DNA of 64,000 nucleotides from positions 12,648,001 through 12,712,000 of the forward strand of contig CM059432.1 in NCBI GenBank assembly GCA_030390025.1, given 5' to 3'. This DNA comes from Squalus acanthias (taxonomy: Eukaryota). Shown piece after piece: positions 25,720 to 37,951 of the stretch. The notes under the pieces are model-generated. The model saw nothing but the letters and a program-made list of their open reading frames with translations. It had not been told where the DNA came from and searched no databases. The position numbers and the translations under genes are program-made. Each line of letters begins with the position of its first letter. Positions within the stretch are counted from its first letter, which is position 1.

Positions 25720-26260
25720 AGCAGGTATGAGATTCTCCTTGGGCAGACCTCTCTATGCCAACATTACGGAGGAGGAGAAGCAACACGAGCATGTGGAGCT
25801 GAGGAGAATAGGGCAACAAGGCAGGAGACACCAGCCCAACCCTTGACCACGTGTCTATGGGCGGCACAGATTCTTCAAGGATCTCACGGAGGAGCTCTGC
25901 GTTTGAAGGTTGCAATTGCCCAAGGCTGTCATTATACATCTCTCCAAGCCACTTCATGAAGATCTACAGCTTCGCTCCACTGACAGAATAACTCTGTCTG
26001 TTTCAATGAAAGCAAATGTTTTTTTGGCACTGAATCTTTTTTCCAGGTTCCACATCGGATCTGAGCAGCATCAGCCAGGCAGGGGTCATGACAGCCTTTC
26101 GACAGGCCACACACACATGCTCTTCAGCAGAGCTGCAGAGTTCATCTACATTGTCATCACGCCCAGGCAGCACAGGGAGACAGCCAGGAACTTCTCACAC
26201 TTTGCTGGATTCACCAACCAGGGGCAGGCCACTGTCTGGAAGTCACAATCAACACTGTGC
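25720..26260 (+). pseudogene. PIF/Harbinger transposase remnant (HARBI1-like N-terminal half)
   Basis: Translation PRVYGRHRFFKDLTEELCV*RLQLPKAVIIHLSKPLHEDLQLRSTDRITLSVSMK..ALNLF...ETARNFSHFAGF follows the Harbinger transposase pattern; contains stops and frameshifts. Confidence 0.8.
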
Positions 26261-26299
26261 TCCAATCTGTCCCAAATTACCTCCAGAACTGCAGTCTGT

Positions 26300-27690
26300 G
26301 CTTTCCTGGTGTTGGAGGCCCCGACTGGTCACTGGCTGCCTCTCATCCAAGGCTTTGCTGCACATTGCAATGTAGCTGCTGCTTGCTGCATTGTTGCCTG
26401 CAAGGAAGAGAAACCTTCCAAGATGTTGTGGAAAAGAGAGATGTAGACTCCTCAGTCACCCCTTCCAATTGCTGCACATCTTGGAAGATTGTCCTCAGAG
26501 CCTACACTTATGAAAGACGTTCCTTGAACATCCTTTTTTTCAGGCGAGAGTCCATGAGGTCTGAGTCCCAGGACTCTGAAGCCATCAGCAGCCATCTCCT
26601 CAGCTCTGCTGGGAAGAAGACACATCCTCGCTCATCTCCGGGCTGGAAGATTCTGCCAGTGACACTTCCTGAACCTCACTATGTGCATTTTCCTGGGTGA
26701 AACTCCCCAGGCTGGTGCCTAGGAGAGAGGACACAACTTCCATGGCTCACAAATTAGGCCGGGTTGGGAATGAGGTACGTAGGGTGGACTAAGTCCGCTG
26801 GCTCTGTGCCGTGACAGGTTGTCTGCTCGCCTTCTCCTTCTCCTTCTCCGTCTCCTCCTCCTCCTCCACTAGAACTATCACTTCCTGCTCTATTGCTGAG
26901 GATGGGCTCCACTTCACCTCCTCCTCTTCCTCAGAGTGCACTTCTGCTATTAAGGCCCCCATGGGTGCAGTGCATCTGCAAGAGAGGCATGGCAGAAGGT
27001 GGGAAAAAGCAAACATGCCCCCTTTGGGATGAACAACAGATGGAAAAGAGGGTGGAAGGTTGAGTGTGAGTAGCAATACTCTGCTTTGCTAGGGCGAGAT
27101 TGTTGAGATACTCACCTGACACTCACAATTTTTTGCCAGCCTCAGCGTCACCTGTAATGATGTGGCTACACATGCCCAGGATGTCCAAGGCCTTCTGCTG
27201 CTTGGGGGGTGGGGGGTGGGGGGGGGGGGGGGGGGGGGGTCAGGAGTCTGTAGTTGGGGACGGTTCTGCTGGTGCTAAGCCTCTTCTGGGCATTATATGT
27301 TAGGTGAGGTGTATGGCCATTGTGCATGATAGGGTGTTGTTTTTGCTCTAAAATAGAATGGCAATTCTAGTAGTGTAGGGTTAGTGAAGGGTTAGTAGTG
27401 TAAGTATTGCTTTTAAGAGGACCAAGAGTGTGGTGGTGCCCAGGGTGGGCAAGTAAGAAAGCAACAAAAAGCATTGGACCTTACCTTGATTGCCCTGGTC
27501 AAGCCGTGCGGTCCTCGGTGCGAGGGAGCTGGCATTGAGTGACAGTACCACCTCCCTCCAAGGCTGACACTCCTGGATGGCTTGCTGCCTGGCACACCGA
27601 GGAGTCTGCCCCTCCTGTCTCACCACCAGGAGAGCTTGTCGGTCTTCTTGTGAAAGATGCACAGCTTTTGGTGACTTGCTGCTCTGTCAT
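26300..27690 (-). pseudogene. Remnant of the Harbinger accessory Myb/SANT-like DNA-binding protein gene, with introns
   Basis: SQEDRQALLVVRQ...WREVVLSLNASSLAPRT...LTRAIK|gtaagg resembles a Myb/SANT (trihelix-like) domain. Downstream are an AG/GT-bounded 36-bp exon (27116-27151) and an acidic exon (about 26790-27020). Convergent with the transposase remnant. Confidence 0.7.
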
Positions 27691-28950
27691 GGTACCCCGT
27701 GGCCCGTGACTGGGCATGGTTCTGGCAAGAGGCACTTCTGAGGAAGGTGAGAGACACCCAGTGTGGATGGAGGAACGAATCTCTGCAGCCTCCCCTTGCT
27801 GTCCCCGAGATGAAGTATGTAGTCTTTACAGAGGTTGCGCCACTTCTGCGCTGTAACCTCCTGGAGCCTACACTGCTCACAGCGCCTTTACAAGGCAATT
27901 ACACCACAATTAATGCTACTTCATATGCAAATGGAAACTTATCCAGGAAATTTCCCGTGCTACTCTCCCTGCTGGTGAACGACAATGTAACAGCGCCACG
28001 CACCTCGAGGGAATTCTGGGCCAACATTTCTAAAAAACACGTTAAACTTTACCCTAGCTTAACTAACCCTGCCTGGGCCCAGACACGACAACTGTTCCAA
28101 ATCGCCTTGCTGTGGTTTTTGTTTTATTGTTATATTGTGCCCTTTTATAAGCAGTGATCTGGTGTTGAACCACATACTGAGACTAAAGGGGTTAATGCTC
28201 ACTAATACCTCAGACTGTATTGGAGAGGGTGTCGCAGACGGGGTCAGGCTTAACGCAGCTCAGTTTCGCTGCATGTAACCCGGCACTATAATGGTTTCTT
28301 CCCGAGGACTGTGTTCTATGAATAGTAAATGCGTGCATTTCAATCAACGTTAACAGTACCCTGACCCCTTCTTGGCTGGGCCTTTTCTGTTACTCTTACT
28401 CAGCAACCGGAATGCACTGACGGAGAGACTTCTACGCGAACACTTGGGCGAAGGACCCGATAAGAACTTGAGCTAACACAACAAACACAGCTCTCTTTTT
28501 TTTTAGACACTCAATAGGATCAAACGAATAATTCAATACAAAAGTCTTATTAGCAGAAACTCTAGCCTGACAGTCTAGGCATGCAAAGTAGGAGTCATGC
28601 TTTTATTTGGCTGCTTCGATATTTTCTTGAGCGCTGAGAGCTTAGCGTGATCGACATACTGCACATTATCCAAAAGTTAAAAGGAAGCAGATATCTTAAT
28701 ATAAAAGTTACTAATCCTGTACACACAACTGGAAAATAATCTAATTTTCATTAAGCGACACTATGATCATTTATCTTTATAATCCAATCAAGCAATGCAC
28801 ATTACAAGGGAAGGTGGATGTTGTCGCAGTTTTAGGATGCTCCATGATTCTGCATGTTTATCTGTGTGGCGATTTCTAAAGGCACTTCTGAGGAAACTTT
28901 TGCTGCTCTGAGAGAGGGGGATCAAACTCTACAAACACAGTTAAAAGAAA

Positions 28951-29151
28951 TGATGTGGAGATGCCGGTGTTGGACTGGGGTGGACAAATGTGAGAAGTCG
29001 CACAACACCAGGTTATAGTCCAACAGTTTTATTTGAAATCACAAGCTTTCCGAGCGCTGCTCCTTCTTCACCTGAGGAAGGAGCAGCCGCTCAGAAAGCT
29101 TGTGATTTCAAATAAAACTGTTGGACTATAACCTGGTGTTGTGCGACTTCT
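28951..29151. mobile_element. Fold-back PLE terminal-repeat fragment (second PLE family) with hammerhead-like cores
   Basis: Inverted arms of about 80 bp (28989-29069 and 29073-29155); cac-CTGAGGA-aggagc-agcc-gctca-GAAA-GCTT-gtg at 29069-29104; 15-bp TSD cacagttaaaagaaa. Confidence 0.8.
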
Positions 29152-29160
29152 CACAGTTAA

Positions 29161-30316
29161 AAGAAAGACTTGCATTTATGTAGCGCCTTTCACGGCCTCA
29201 GGACGTCCCAAAGCGCTTTACAGCCAACAAAGTACTTTTGACAAAAGCAAAATACTGCAGATGCTGGAAATCTGAAATAAAAACAGAAAATGCTGGAGAT
29301 ACTCAGCAGGTCAGGCAGCATCTGTGGAGAGAGAGAAACAGAGTTAACGTTTCAGGTCAATGACCTTTCGTCAGAACTGGAAAAAATTAGTGATGTAACA
29401 GATTGTATCAAGTGCAGGGGCAGGGAAAGGGGGAAGGGGAGGAAAGGAAAAAAGGGAAAATAGAAACATAGAAAAATAGGAGCAGGAGTAGGCCATTCGG
29501 CCCTTCAAGCCTGCTTCGCCATTCAATATGATCATGGCTGATCCTCTATCTCAATACCATATTCCCGCTCTCTCCCCATACCCCTTGATGCCTTTTGTGT
29601 CTAGAAATCTATCTATCTCCTTCTTAAATATATTCAGTGACTTGGCCTCCACAGCCTTCTGTGGTAGAGAATTCCACAGGTTCACCACCCTCTGAGTGAA
29701 GAAATTTCTCCTCATCTCAGTCCTAAATGTCCTACCCCGTATCCTGAGATTGTGATAGGGTGGAAGGCAGGGGAGATTAAATAACAAAAGGTATGACAGT
29801 ACAAAGCAAAGGGAGATGGTAATGGGACAAGTAAAGAAACAAAAGATGAGTCTAGAAGAGGTGTAAATGGGCATGGCAGAATCATCAACAGCTGCCATGT
29901 GAAAAAATGGGGGGATGAGGTTATGGTCTGAAATTTTGAAGTGTAGTCACTGTTGTAGTATAGGAAACATTAGGCCGCAGCAAGCTCCCACAAACAGCAC
30001 TGTGATAATGAGCAGATAATCAATTTTAGTGATGTTGATTGAGAGATAAATCTTGGCCAGGATACCAGGGATAACTCCCCTGCTCTTCTTTGAAATAGTG
30101 CCATGGGATCATTTACGTCCACCTGAGAGAGCAGACAGGGCCTTGGTTTAACATTTCATCCGAAAGATGGCGCCTTCACAACAATGTAGCACTCCCTCAG
30201 TACTACACTGGAGTGTCAACATGGATTTTTGTGCTGAAGTCTCTGGAGTGGGAGTATGAACCCACAACCCTCCGACCCAGAGGTGAGAGTGCTACCCACT
30301 GAGCCACGGCTAGCAC
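29161..30316 (-). mobile_element. SacSINE1-like SINE split by a PLE fragment (29241-29935), which is itself split by a CR1 3' end (29460-29749)
   Basis: SINE tail at 29161-29240 continues at 29935 (ttttgaagtgtagtcac). The intervening PLE matches 5355-5760. The CR1 shows ORF LRIRGRTFRTEMRRNFFTQRVVNLWN. Confidence 0.88.
29342..29378 (-). ncRNA. Minimal hammerhead ribozyme motif in a PLE terminal repeat
   Basis: Minus strand reads agtt-CTGACGA-aaggtcattgacct-GAAACGTT-aact; the loop differs from the 20.3-kb copies but the stems are intact. Confidence 0.78.
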
Positions 30317-31399
30317 CATATCAGTGATGAGAAGTATGCTACTGACATTCATCTCACTGCAATACTAGCAAAGTCCATCAAGAATAGCATCAGTCCATCA
30401 AGACTTTAGCCAGTTGAAAGACAGATGAAACTTTGTGCCTGTGTACCATCATAAAATCAGTTTGGAGAGCTGCAGTTGTAAAGTTTTCTCAACTGGGCCG
30501 TCAAAGAGTGAATTAAATTACAGGGGATCTGCCTCTCAGGTAGGTCGATTGAGCTGTCAATTCCCAATTCCAACGGAGTTTCATAAAAAGCAGGGAACAA
30601 AGTAGGGAGAAATTTGATTTGTGCTCAAAAAGGACGCAAAGTTTGGCAGAGTGACCGCTCCACGCTCGGGTCAGCCTGAGATCCGAGCCAAACTCTGCTT
30701 CGGGCCTCATTCAAATGCCATTGGCGAGCTTGCGGGCGCCAAACAGGGCTGCAGCTTGCCACTCGGGGAGGACCGGAAATCAGCCAGCTTCGATGCTGAG
30801 CCTGCCAGCAGGTTGGGTCTGGGGGGGCGAGGCAGGGGGAGAAATCCCGAATGGGCCGGAGGTTTTTTTGAGCACTCCTGGGCCTCTTTCCACTCATTTG
30901 TAACTGAAATTTGCAACTGAAGCCCTACAACCAACGTAGGACCCCAATTTGCAAGTTTAAGCAGCCTTATTCCCGTTCCAGGTGGGCGGGCTTCTCGCCC
31001 ATTTACAGGCCTACCTGAAATTGGCATTAGACGGACTTTGGGCATCAATGGGCAGCTGAGATGACCCCATACACACCCCCCCCCCCCCCAATATTCAACT
31101 GCTGGTCATCTATTTTTCAGGTGCAAAACAGGCGGCCGTGAGTTTAATTTCTCTCCCAATTTCTCTTTTTAAGAAGGTGTTTAAATATTTTTTTTTTGCC
31201 CAGATCATAACTTCCTCCCATTTTAACTTCTGGCTTGACTTTGAATGCTGTGGAGACAAATCAAAGTGCCAAGCCCCCAACTTGATGGGTCTAACGTGTC
31301 CAGATGAGCACTGCAATGTGACAGCTCAGTTCTTGAACTCCCAAGTGTGTTTGTCACCAGTGGATCCAGAACCTGGTATTGGACATCCTATTGCTAAAA

Positions 31400-31995
31400 A
31401 AAAATAAAAGTATACTTTGAATGGGGAAATCTGGGTGATGTGAAGGAGCAGAGAGATTTGGGGGTTCTGATGCACAAGACCTTCAAAGCAGCACCTCAAG
31501 TGGATAAAGCCATAAAAAAAGCTAATAGAATTATGGCAAGAGGTATAGAATATCACATTTTAGATGTAACCTATATACAATCTTAGTGAAATCACAGTTG
31601 GAATACTGTGTGCCGTTTTAAGCTCCACTGGGAAGACGCTGAAACCATAGAGATGGTGCAACGCAGATTCATTAGGATGATGCCTGGTATGAGAAAACAC
31701 AAATAAACGAAGGACTTGAAAAATTGGGGTTGTTTTCGTAAGAACTGAGGACATGAAAAGGTGATTTAATCAAGATGTGTAAAATTTTAAGAAATAGGAC
31801 GAAGTAAATAGGAACAGAAACCGATTGTTTCCAGTGGTTGAGGGGGTCTAGAACAAGAGGACATAAATATAAGATTAAATGTGAGAGATTTGGGACAGGA
31901 AGCAGAACAAAACTTTTTACACAGAAGGTGGTGAGGCTGTGGGACGTAGCACAAGAGGTAGTGATTCAATAAAGAGCTGATTCCAACATTTAAGA
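31400..31995 (+). mobile_element. Old degenerate CR1 lineage A fragment
   Basis: Decayed CR1 ORF2 3' motifs (gaggagcagagagatttgggg, cacagttggaatactgtgtg, tctagaacaagaggacataaatataag). Confidence 0.75.
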
Positions 31996-31997
31996 AT

Positions 31998-32120
31998 GGC
32001 CGGGAAATTCCTCAGAGCTGCTCCCAGTCCACCAGCGTTACTTTGCCGGAAGTGGAACGGAAACCCCTTTTACGTGTGAGGGGGAGCAGAGCGGGAGCAG
32101 CTCCGAGGAATTTCCCAGCC
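31998..32120. mobile_element. 123-bp MITE
   Basis: TIRs of about 28 bp: ggccgggaaattcctcagagctgctccc / gggagcagctccgaggaatttcccagcc. Confidence 0.75.
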
Positions 32121-33989
32121 TGATACAAGTCCACATGGGCAAATTGCATGTGAATTTCGCTCATTTTTTTTTGCCTTTGAGGTTTCAGACGCTTGCGGCT
32201 GTTGTAAAAAAAAACGTTTTGGGAGACTTCTAACACACCTACAGCACTGGAAACATAAATAAATTATATGGTAACTCTCGCCACAAGAAAGTGTTTATTT
32301 AATAGATGAGTGTCAATATAGCTAATTAGGAGTTGAGAGAAGACTGTAATGTTATAGGAAGTCGTTTACTGTGTACATAATATTTACCAGTGAGGTAAAA
32401 TTGTACTGCGTGGTATTAGCTTACAAACGCCCAGCATGTTTGTGTCAAATCCCTTTGTACTTTATTTTAATGGACTATTTCAATAACCTCTTTGAGTATG
32501 CCTGTATATTTTTAAACAGTTAATGTTGATCATCCATAAATAAAATATCTGCCGTGCCAACATGAAGTCCGAGTTGAAGATTCGACAGCAAAGCAAATTT
32601 CCATCCAACAGCTAGCACCAAAAATGATCCATTTCCTCAGAGTGTCGCACTTAAAAGAAGTTCAAGGCCAGCCTCTGGGATCACAAACATAAGCCCCGTG
32701 ACGAATTATGGCCCCACTAGGGAGCAATTTTGAACCAAAGTAAACACGCTGTCGCTAATTTTACACTACTGCTACTAACAATATTTTTGCAGACTGAAAA
32801 CCAACATGCTCCCCGACTGCAGGAGAACTTTTAAAAGGTTCACTGCACCCGATCCACGGCAGTCACTTCCTGTATCTGCTAAAAGCTGTCTCATGCTCGG
32901 GGCAAGTGTGCAAGAGCTCAAAGACTTGGCTAACTGATGAGCTCACTGTAATTGCAGAAACTTGGACAGAAGTAGCATTAACAACGCTGGACAATAATTC
33001 TATTCTTTTGTTGACAGAAGTAGATTTCCTTTGTAAACATGCGAAAAATATTTGGATTATTTATTTTATATTTTCTGGTCAGGAAGTGTGTTTAGAATGT
33101 GGGTGAACAAGAATTCATAGTATAAGATGGATATTATGCCGATCTTAACCATATGTTTGAAGCCAACTTTTTTTTGCTATAATAAGTAACAGAGCAAAGA
33201 CATTCTGAGGAATAACTTTTGGGTTGTTCCCTTGTACATTAAATCCATTTATTTTTATTTGGTTAAACATCTGTCAAAGATACAGAAGATTAATTTATAT
33301 GAAGACTGAGATGAGAATACTTTCCATCCAAAGAGTGGCATTAGCACACACACAAAATGAGATCATTTTTTGGACGTGTCAGGGAAAACACATAAGTTAA
33401 GTACTTTGCTTCACTGATACCATGTAGATATTTTGAGGATCTGTACCTCTTATGTTTATATAATGTGCACAAAGTACTGAACTTTCCTCTGACTGTGAAA
33501 AAAAAAACAGCTTGATGGTAATGTAGGTCCGACATCAGTTTGGCACAGGGTCAACATTCTTAAGTGCACTAGAGTTAATACTTGCACAAACTGGCTGAGC
33601 GTTTTTTCATGTGTGAGTCAATGCAGCCTTGGTGTTCCATGCTGCACTTCCCAGGAACTTGCTATGTGGCATTCTTAGCTACAACACAGATTGATACATT
33701 TTCCTCGCACGAGTTTAGTTTTGCTAAATGTTAAAAAGCAATTGAGTACCTCATGCTTTTGGGTTGGGTTGAAAGCTGCGCAACTTTTCACGTCCCCTGC
33801 ATTAGGCGCACATCATTGCCAGATAATAGCTGCAGTCGGAGTCAGAGAGTGCTGGTACTGTGTGGAACGGATAACTTATTTTTGTTGGATTGATAGCAAG
33901 CATTGAATCTAGTGCCATTTTGATGAACAACTGGGAGGAGGAGGAGGAGGATCTACAGGAGCAGGAGAGGGTGGACTTCAGATGCGCCC

Positions 33990-36790
33990 GAGAGCAGGAG
34001 TAGGGCATTAAGCCCCTTAAGTCTGTTCCACCATTCAGTTAGATCATGGCTGATCTGTACCTCAACTCCATTTACCTGCCTTTAATCCATATCCCTTGAT
34101 ATCATTACCAGACACAAATCTATCAATCTCAGTCTTGAATATTTCAATTCTCCACAGCATCCACAGCCTTTTGCGGCAGACAGTTCCAGATTTCTGTAAC
34201 CCTTTTTGTGAAATTGTGTATCCTGATTTGGCTCCTAAATGGCATAGCTCTAATTTTAAGATGATACCTCCTTGTTCTGCAATTCGCCACCACAGGAAAT
34301 AGTTTCTCTGTATCGAATCCCTTTATCATTTAATCACGTGGATCAGATCAGCCCTCAACCTTCTAAGCTCGAGGGAATACCAGGCAAGTTTATGCAAATT
34401 GTCCTCATAATTTTACCCTTTAAGCCCTGATATAATTCTGATGAATCTGCTTTCTATCCTCTCCACAGCTGAATGGTGGTGGACCATTAAACAACTGATG
34501 GGAGGAGGAGGAGGCTCCACGAACATCCCCATCCTCAATGATGGTGGAGACCAGCCCGCGAGTGCAAAAGACATGGCTGAAGCATTCACAACCATCTTCA
34601 GCCAGAAGTGCCGAGTGGATGATCCATCTCGGCCTCCTCCTGAGGTCCCCACCATCACAGAAGCCAGTCTTCAGCCAATTCGATTCACTCCACGTGATAT
34701 CAAGAAACGGCTGAGCGCACTGGATACAGCAAAGGCTGTGGGCCCCGACAATATCCCAGCTGTCGTGCTGAAGACTTGTTCTCCAGAACTAACCGCGCCT
34801 CTAGCCAAGCTGTTCCAGTACAGCTACAACGCTGGCATCTACCTGAAAATGCTGAAAACTGCCCAGGTATGTCCTGTCCACAAAAATGAGGACAAATCCA
34901 ATCTGTCCAATTACCGCCCCATCAGTCTACTCTCAATCATCAGCAAAGTGATGGAAGGTGTCATCAACAGTGCTATCAACCGGCACTTACTCATCAATAA
35001 CATGCTCATCGATGCTCAGTTCAGGTTCCGCCAGGACCACTCGGCTCCAGACCTCATTACAGCCTTGGCCCAACATGGACAAAAGAACTGAAATCCAGAG
35101 GTGAGGTGAGAGTGACTGCCCTTGTCATCAAGGCAGCATTTGACCGAGTGTGGCATGAAGGAGCCATAGTAAAATTGAAGTCAGTGGGAATCAGGGGAAA
35201 GACGAGTCATACCTAGCACAAAGGAGGATGGTGGTGGTTGGTGGAGGCCAATCATCTCAGCCCCAGGACATTGCTGCAGGAGTTCCTCAGGGCTGTGTCC
35301 TAGGCCCAACCATCTTTAGTTGCTTCATCAATGACCTTCCCTCTATCATAAGGTCAGAAATCGAGATGTTCGCTGATGATTGCACAAGATTCAGATCAAT
35401 TCGCAAATCCTCAGATAATGAAGCAGTCCATGCCCGCATGCAGCAAGACCTGGATGACATTCAGGCTTGGGCTCATAAGTGGCAGGTAACATTCGCGCCA
35501 CACAAGTGGCAGGCAATGACTATCTCCAATAAGAGAGCGTCTAACCACCGCCCCTTGACATTCAATGGCATTACCATTGCCGAATCCCCCAACATCAACA
35601 TCCTGGGGGCCACCATTAACCAGAAACTTAACTGGACCAGCCACATAAATACTGTGGTACAAGAGCACTTCAGAGGCTAGGAATTCTGCGGCGAGTGTCT
35701 CACCTCCTGACTCCCCAAAGCCTTTCCACTAGCTACAAGGCACAAGTAAGGAGTGTGATGGAATACTCTCCACTTGCCTGGATGAGTGGAGCTCCAACAA
35801 CACTCAAGAAGCGCGACAACATCCAGGACAAAGCAACCCGCTTGATTGGCACCCAATCCACCACCTTAAACATTCACTTCCTCCACCACCGGTGCACTGT
35901 GGCTGCAGTATGTACCATCTACAAGATGCACTGCAGCAACTTGCCAAGGCTTCTTCAACAGCACCTCCCAAACCCACAACCTCTACCACATAGAAGGACA
36001 AGGGCAGCAGGCGCATGGGAACACCATCACCTCCAAGTTCCCCTCCAAGTCACACACCATCCTGACTTGGAAATATATCACCGTTCCTTCATCGTCACTG
36101 GGTCAAAATCCTGGAACTCCCTCCCTAACAGCACTGTGGGAGTACCTTCACCGCACGGACTGCAGCGAATCAAGAAGGCGGCTCACCACCACCTTCTCGA
36201 GGGCAATTAGGGATGGGCAATAAATGCTGGCCTTGCCAGCAATGCCAACAGTCCAGGAACGAGCAAAATAAACTGAATGCAGTCCACCAGTTGGGGTCTG
36301 ACCAAGGCTCTGTACAACTGAAGCATCACTTCTTCACTCTTGTATTCCAACCCCCTGAGATAAAGGCTAACATTCCATTAGTCTTTTTGGTTACTTTTTG
36401 TACCTGTGCACTAGCTTTTAGTGATTTGTGCACATGGACACCAAAATCCCTTTGCTCCTCCACAGGTCCTAGTCTCTTGGATCCAAAGTGGATGATCTCA
36501 CAATTCCCCACACTGAACTCCATCTGCCACAGTTTGGCGCACTCACTTAACCTGTCTATTTCCATTTGTAACTTCCTGCTCCCATTTGCACAACTTACTG
36601 TGCCTCCTAGCTTGATGCCATCTGCAAAATTGGATATATAACTCTATTCCTTCATCCAAGTCACTGATAAATATGGTGAAAAGCTGAGGCCTCAGTACAG
36701 ATCACCATTTGTCACATATTGCCAATCAGAGCATATTCCCTTTATCCCTACTCTCTGTCTTCTACCTCCTAATGAGTTGCCAACCCATAT
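33990..36790 (-). mobile_element. CR1 lineage A fragment (33990-34465 and 36275-36790) interrupted by a lineage B LINE
   Basis: Minus-strand ORFs WQMEFSVGNCEIIHFG and FTKRVTEIWNCLPQKAV flank the insert. Confidence 0.82.
34465..36270 (+). mobile_element. CR1-type LINE lineage B, longest copy (RT domain, frameshifted)
   Basis: ORFs 34441-35091 (KAVGPDNIP, NYRPISLLSIISKVME), 35228-35680 (GVPQGCVLGP, MFADD) and 35695-36210; 3' UTR present. Confidence 0.93.
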
Positions 36791-36909
36791 CACCTCCAAT
36801 TACCTCCAATTCCATGCGCAGTGTACTGTGAGGTGGCGAACTACCGCACTTCTCAGAGGACCCTGTCTGAAAATTCTGCAATTCAGGAGGAGGACTCTGG
36901 ATGAGATTA

Positions 36910-37052
36910 AATGGTCCCACCTGCCTTTCAAAATTGCCATCATCACCCCCCCCCTCCTCAAAAAAACTATCCTCGACCCCTCTGTCCTCTCAAACTACCG
37001 CTCCATCTCCAACCTCCCTTTCCTTTCCAAAATCTTTCAACATGTTGTCACC
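36910..37052 (+). mobile_element. L2-clade LINE RT fragment
   Basis: PFKIAIITPPLLKKTILDPSVLSNYRSISNLPFLSKIFQHVV, a typical L2 pre-RT motif. Confidence 0.8.
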
Positions 37053-37334
37053 ATTGTTCCCCCTAATTTGTTTTGGGTGCGCGGCCCCATTAAATTTCAC
37101 ATTTGAAAAGCTGGTCCCGGGAACATTGGTTGGCACCCCACTACTCTCCTTTTACATGGATTCACATCTTTCTCTCAAGAGAAAAGATGATACATTGGAT
37201 TACAGTGTTCACTTAACTGTAATGTGCAGCTCTGCCAAAATCTGTTGTATTCTTTGCTGTTGACTTTCTAACAAATTCTCAGGAATATGTGACTCCTTAT
37301 AATGCACTCACAGTGAATGAGCCAATGAGAGGTA

Positions 37335-37552
37335 AGGTTGATATGCTAAAACTTTACAAATCGCTGGTTAGACCTCAGCTGGAGTATTGTGTCCAATTCT
37401 CAGCACCACAATTTAGGAAGGATGTCAAGGCCTTGGAGAGGGTGCAGAGGAGATTTACGAGAATGATACCAGGGATGAGGAACTTCAGTTATGTGAAGAG
37501 GATAGAGAAGCTTAGATTGTTCTCCTGAGAGCAGATACGGTTAAGAGGAGAG
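37335..37552 (+). mobile_element. CR1 lineage A internal fragment
   Basis: MLKLYKSLVRPQLEYCVQF..ALERVQRRFTRMIPG. Confidence 0.85.
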
Positions 37553-37599
37553 GCACGTAAACTCACCCCATTTAACTGCTAAAATGTTTTTGTTTATCA

Positions 37600-37951
37600 T
37601 ACAACAACAACAACAACAACAACAACAACAGCAACAACTTGTATTTATATAGCGCCTTTAACATAGTAAAACGTCCTAAGGTGCTTCACAGGAGTATTAT
37701 AAGATAAAAAAAATTGACACCGAGCCACCTAAGGAGGAAATTAGGGCAGGTGATCAAAAGCTTGGTCAAAGAGGTAGGTTTTAAGGAGCGTCTTAAAGGA
37801 GGAGAGCGAGGTAGCGAGGCGGAGAGGTTTAGGGAGGGAATTCCAGAGCTTAGGGCCTAGGCAGCTGAAGGCACGGCCACCAATGGTTGAGTGATTAGCA
37901 TGGTCACCAATGGTTGAGCGATTAGCACGGCCACCAATGATTGAGCGATTA
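37600..37951 (-). mobile_element. L2-clade LINE 3' end with a (TTG)n tail
   Basis: (caa)n, then cttgtatttatatagcgcc (shared with the SINE tail), then aaagcttggtcaaagaggtaggttttaaggagc; second copy at 44630-44848. Confidence 0.82.
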
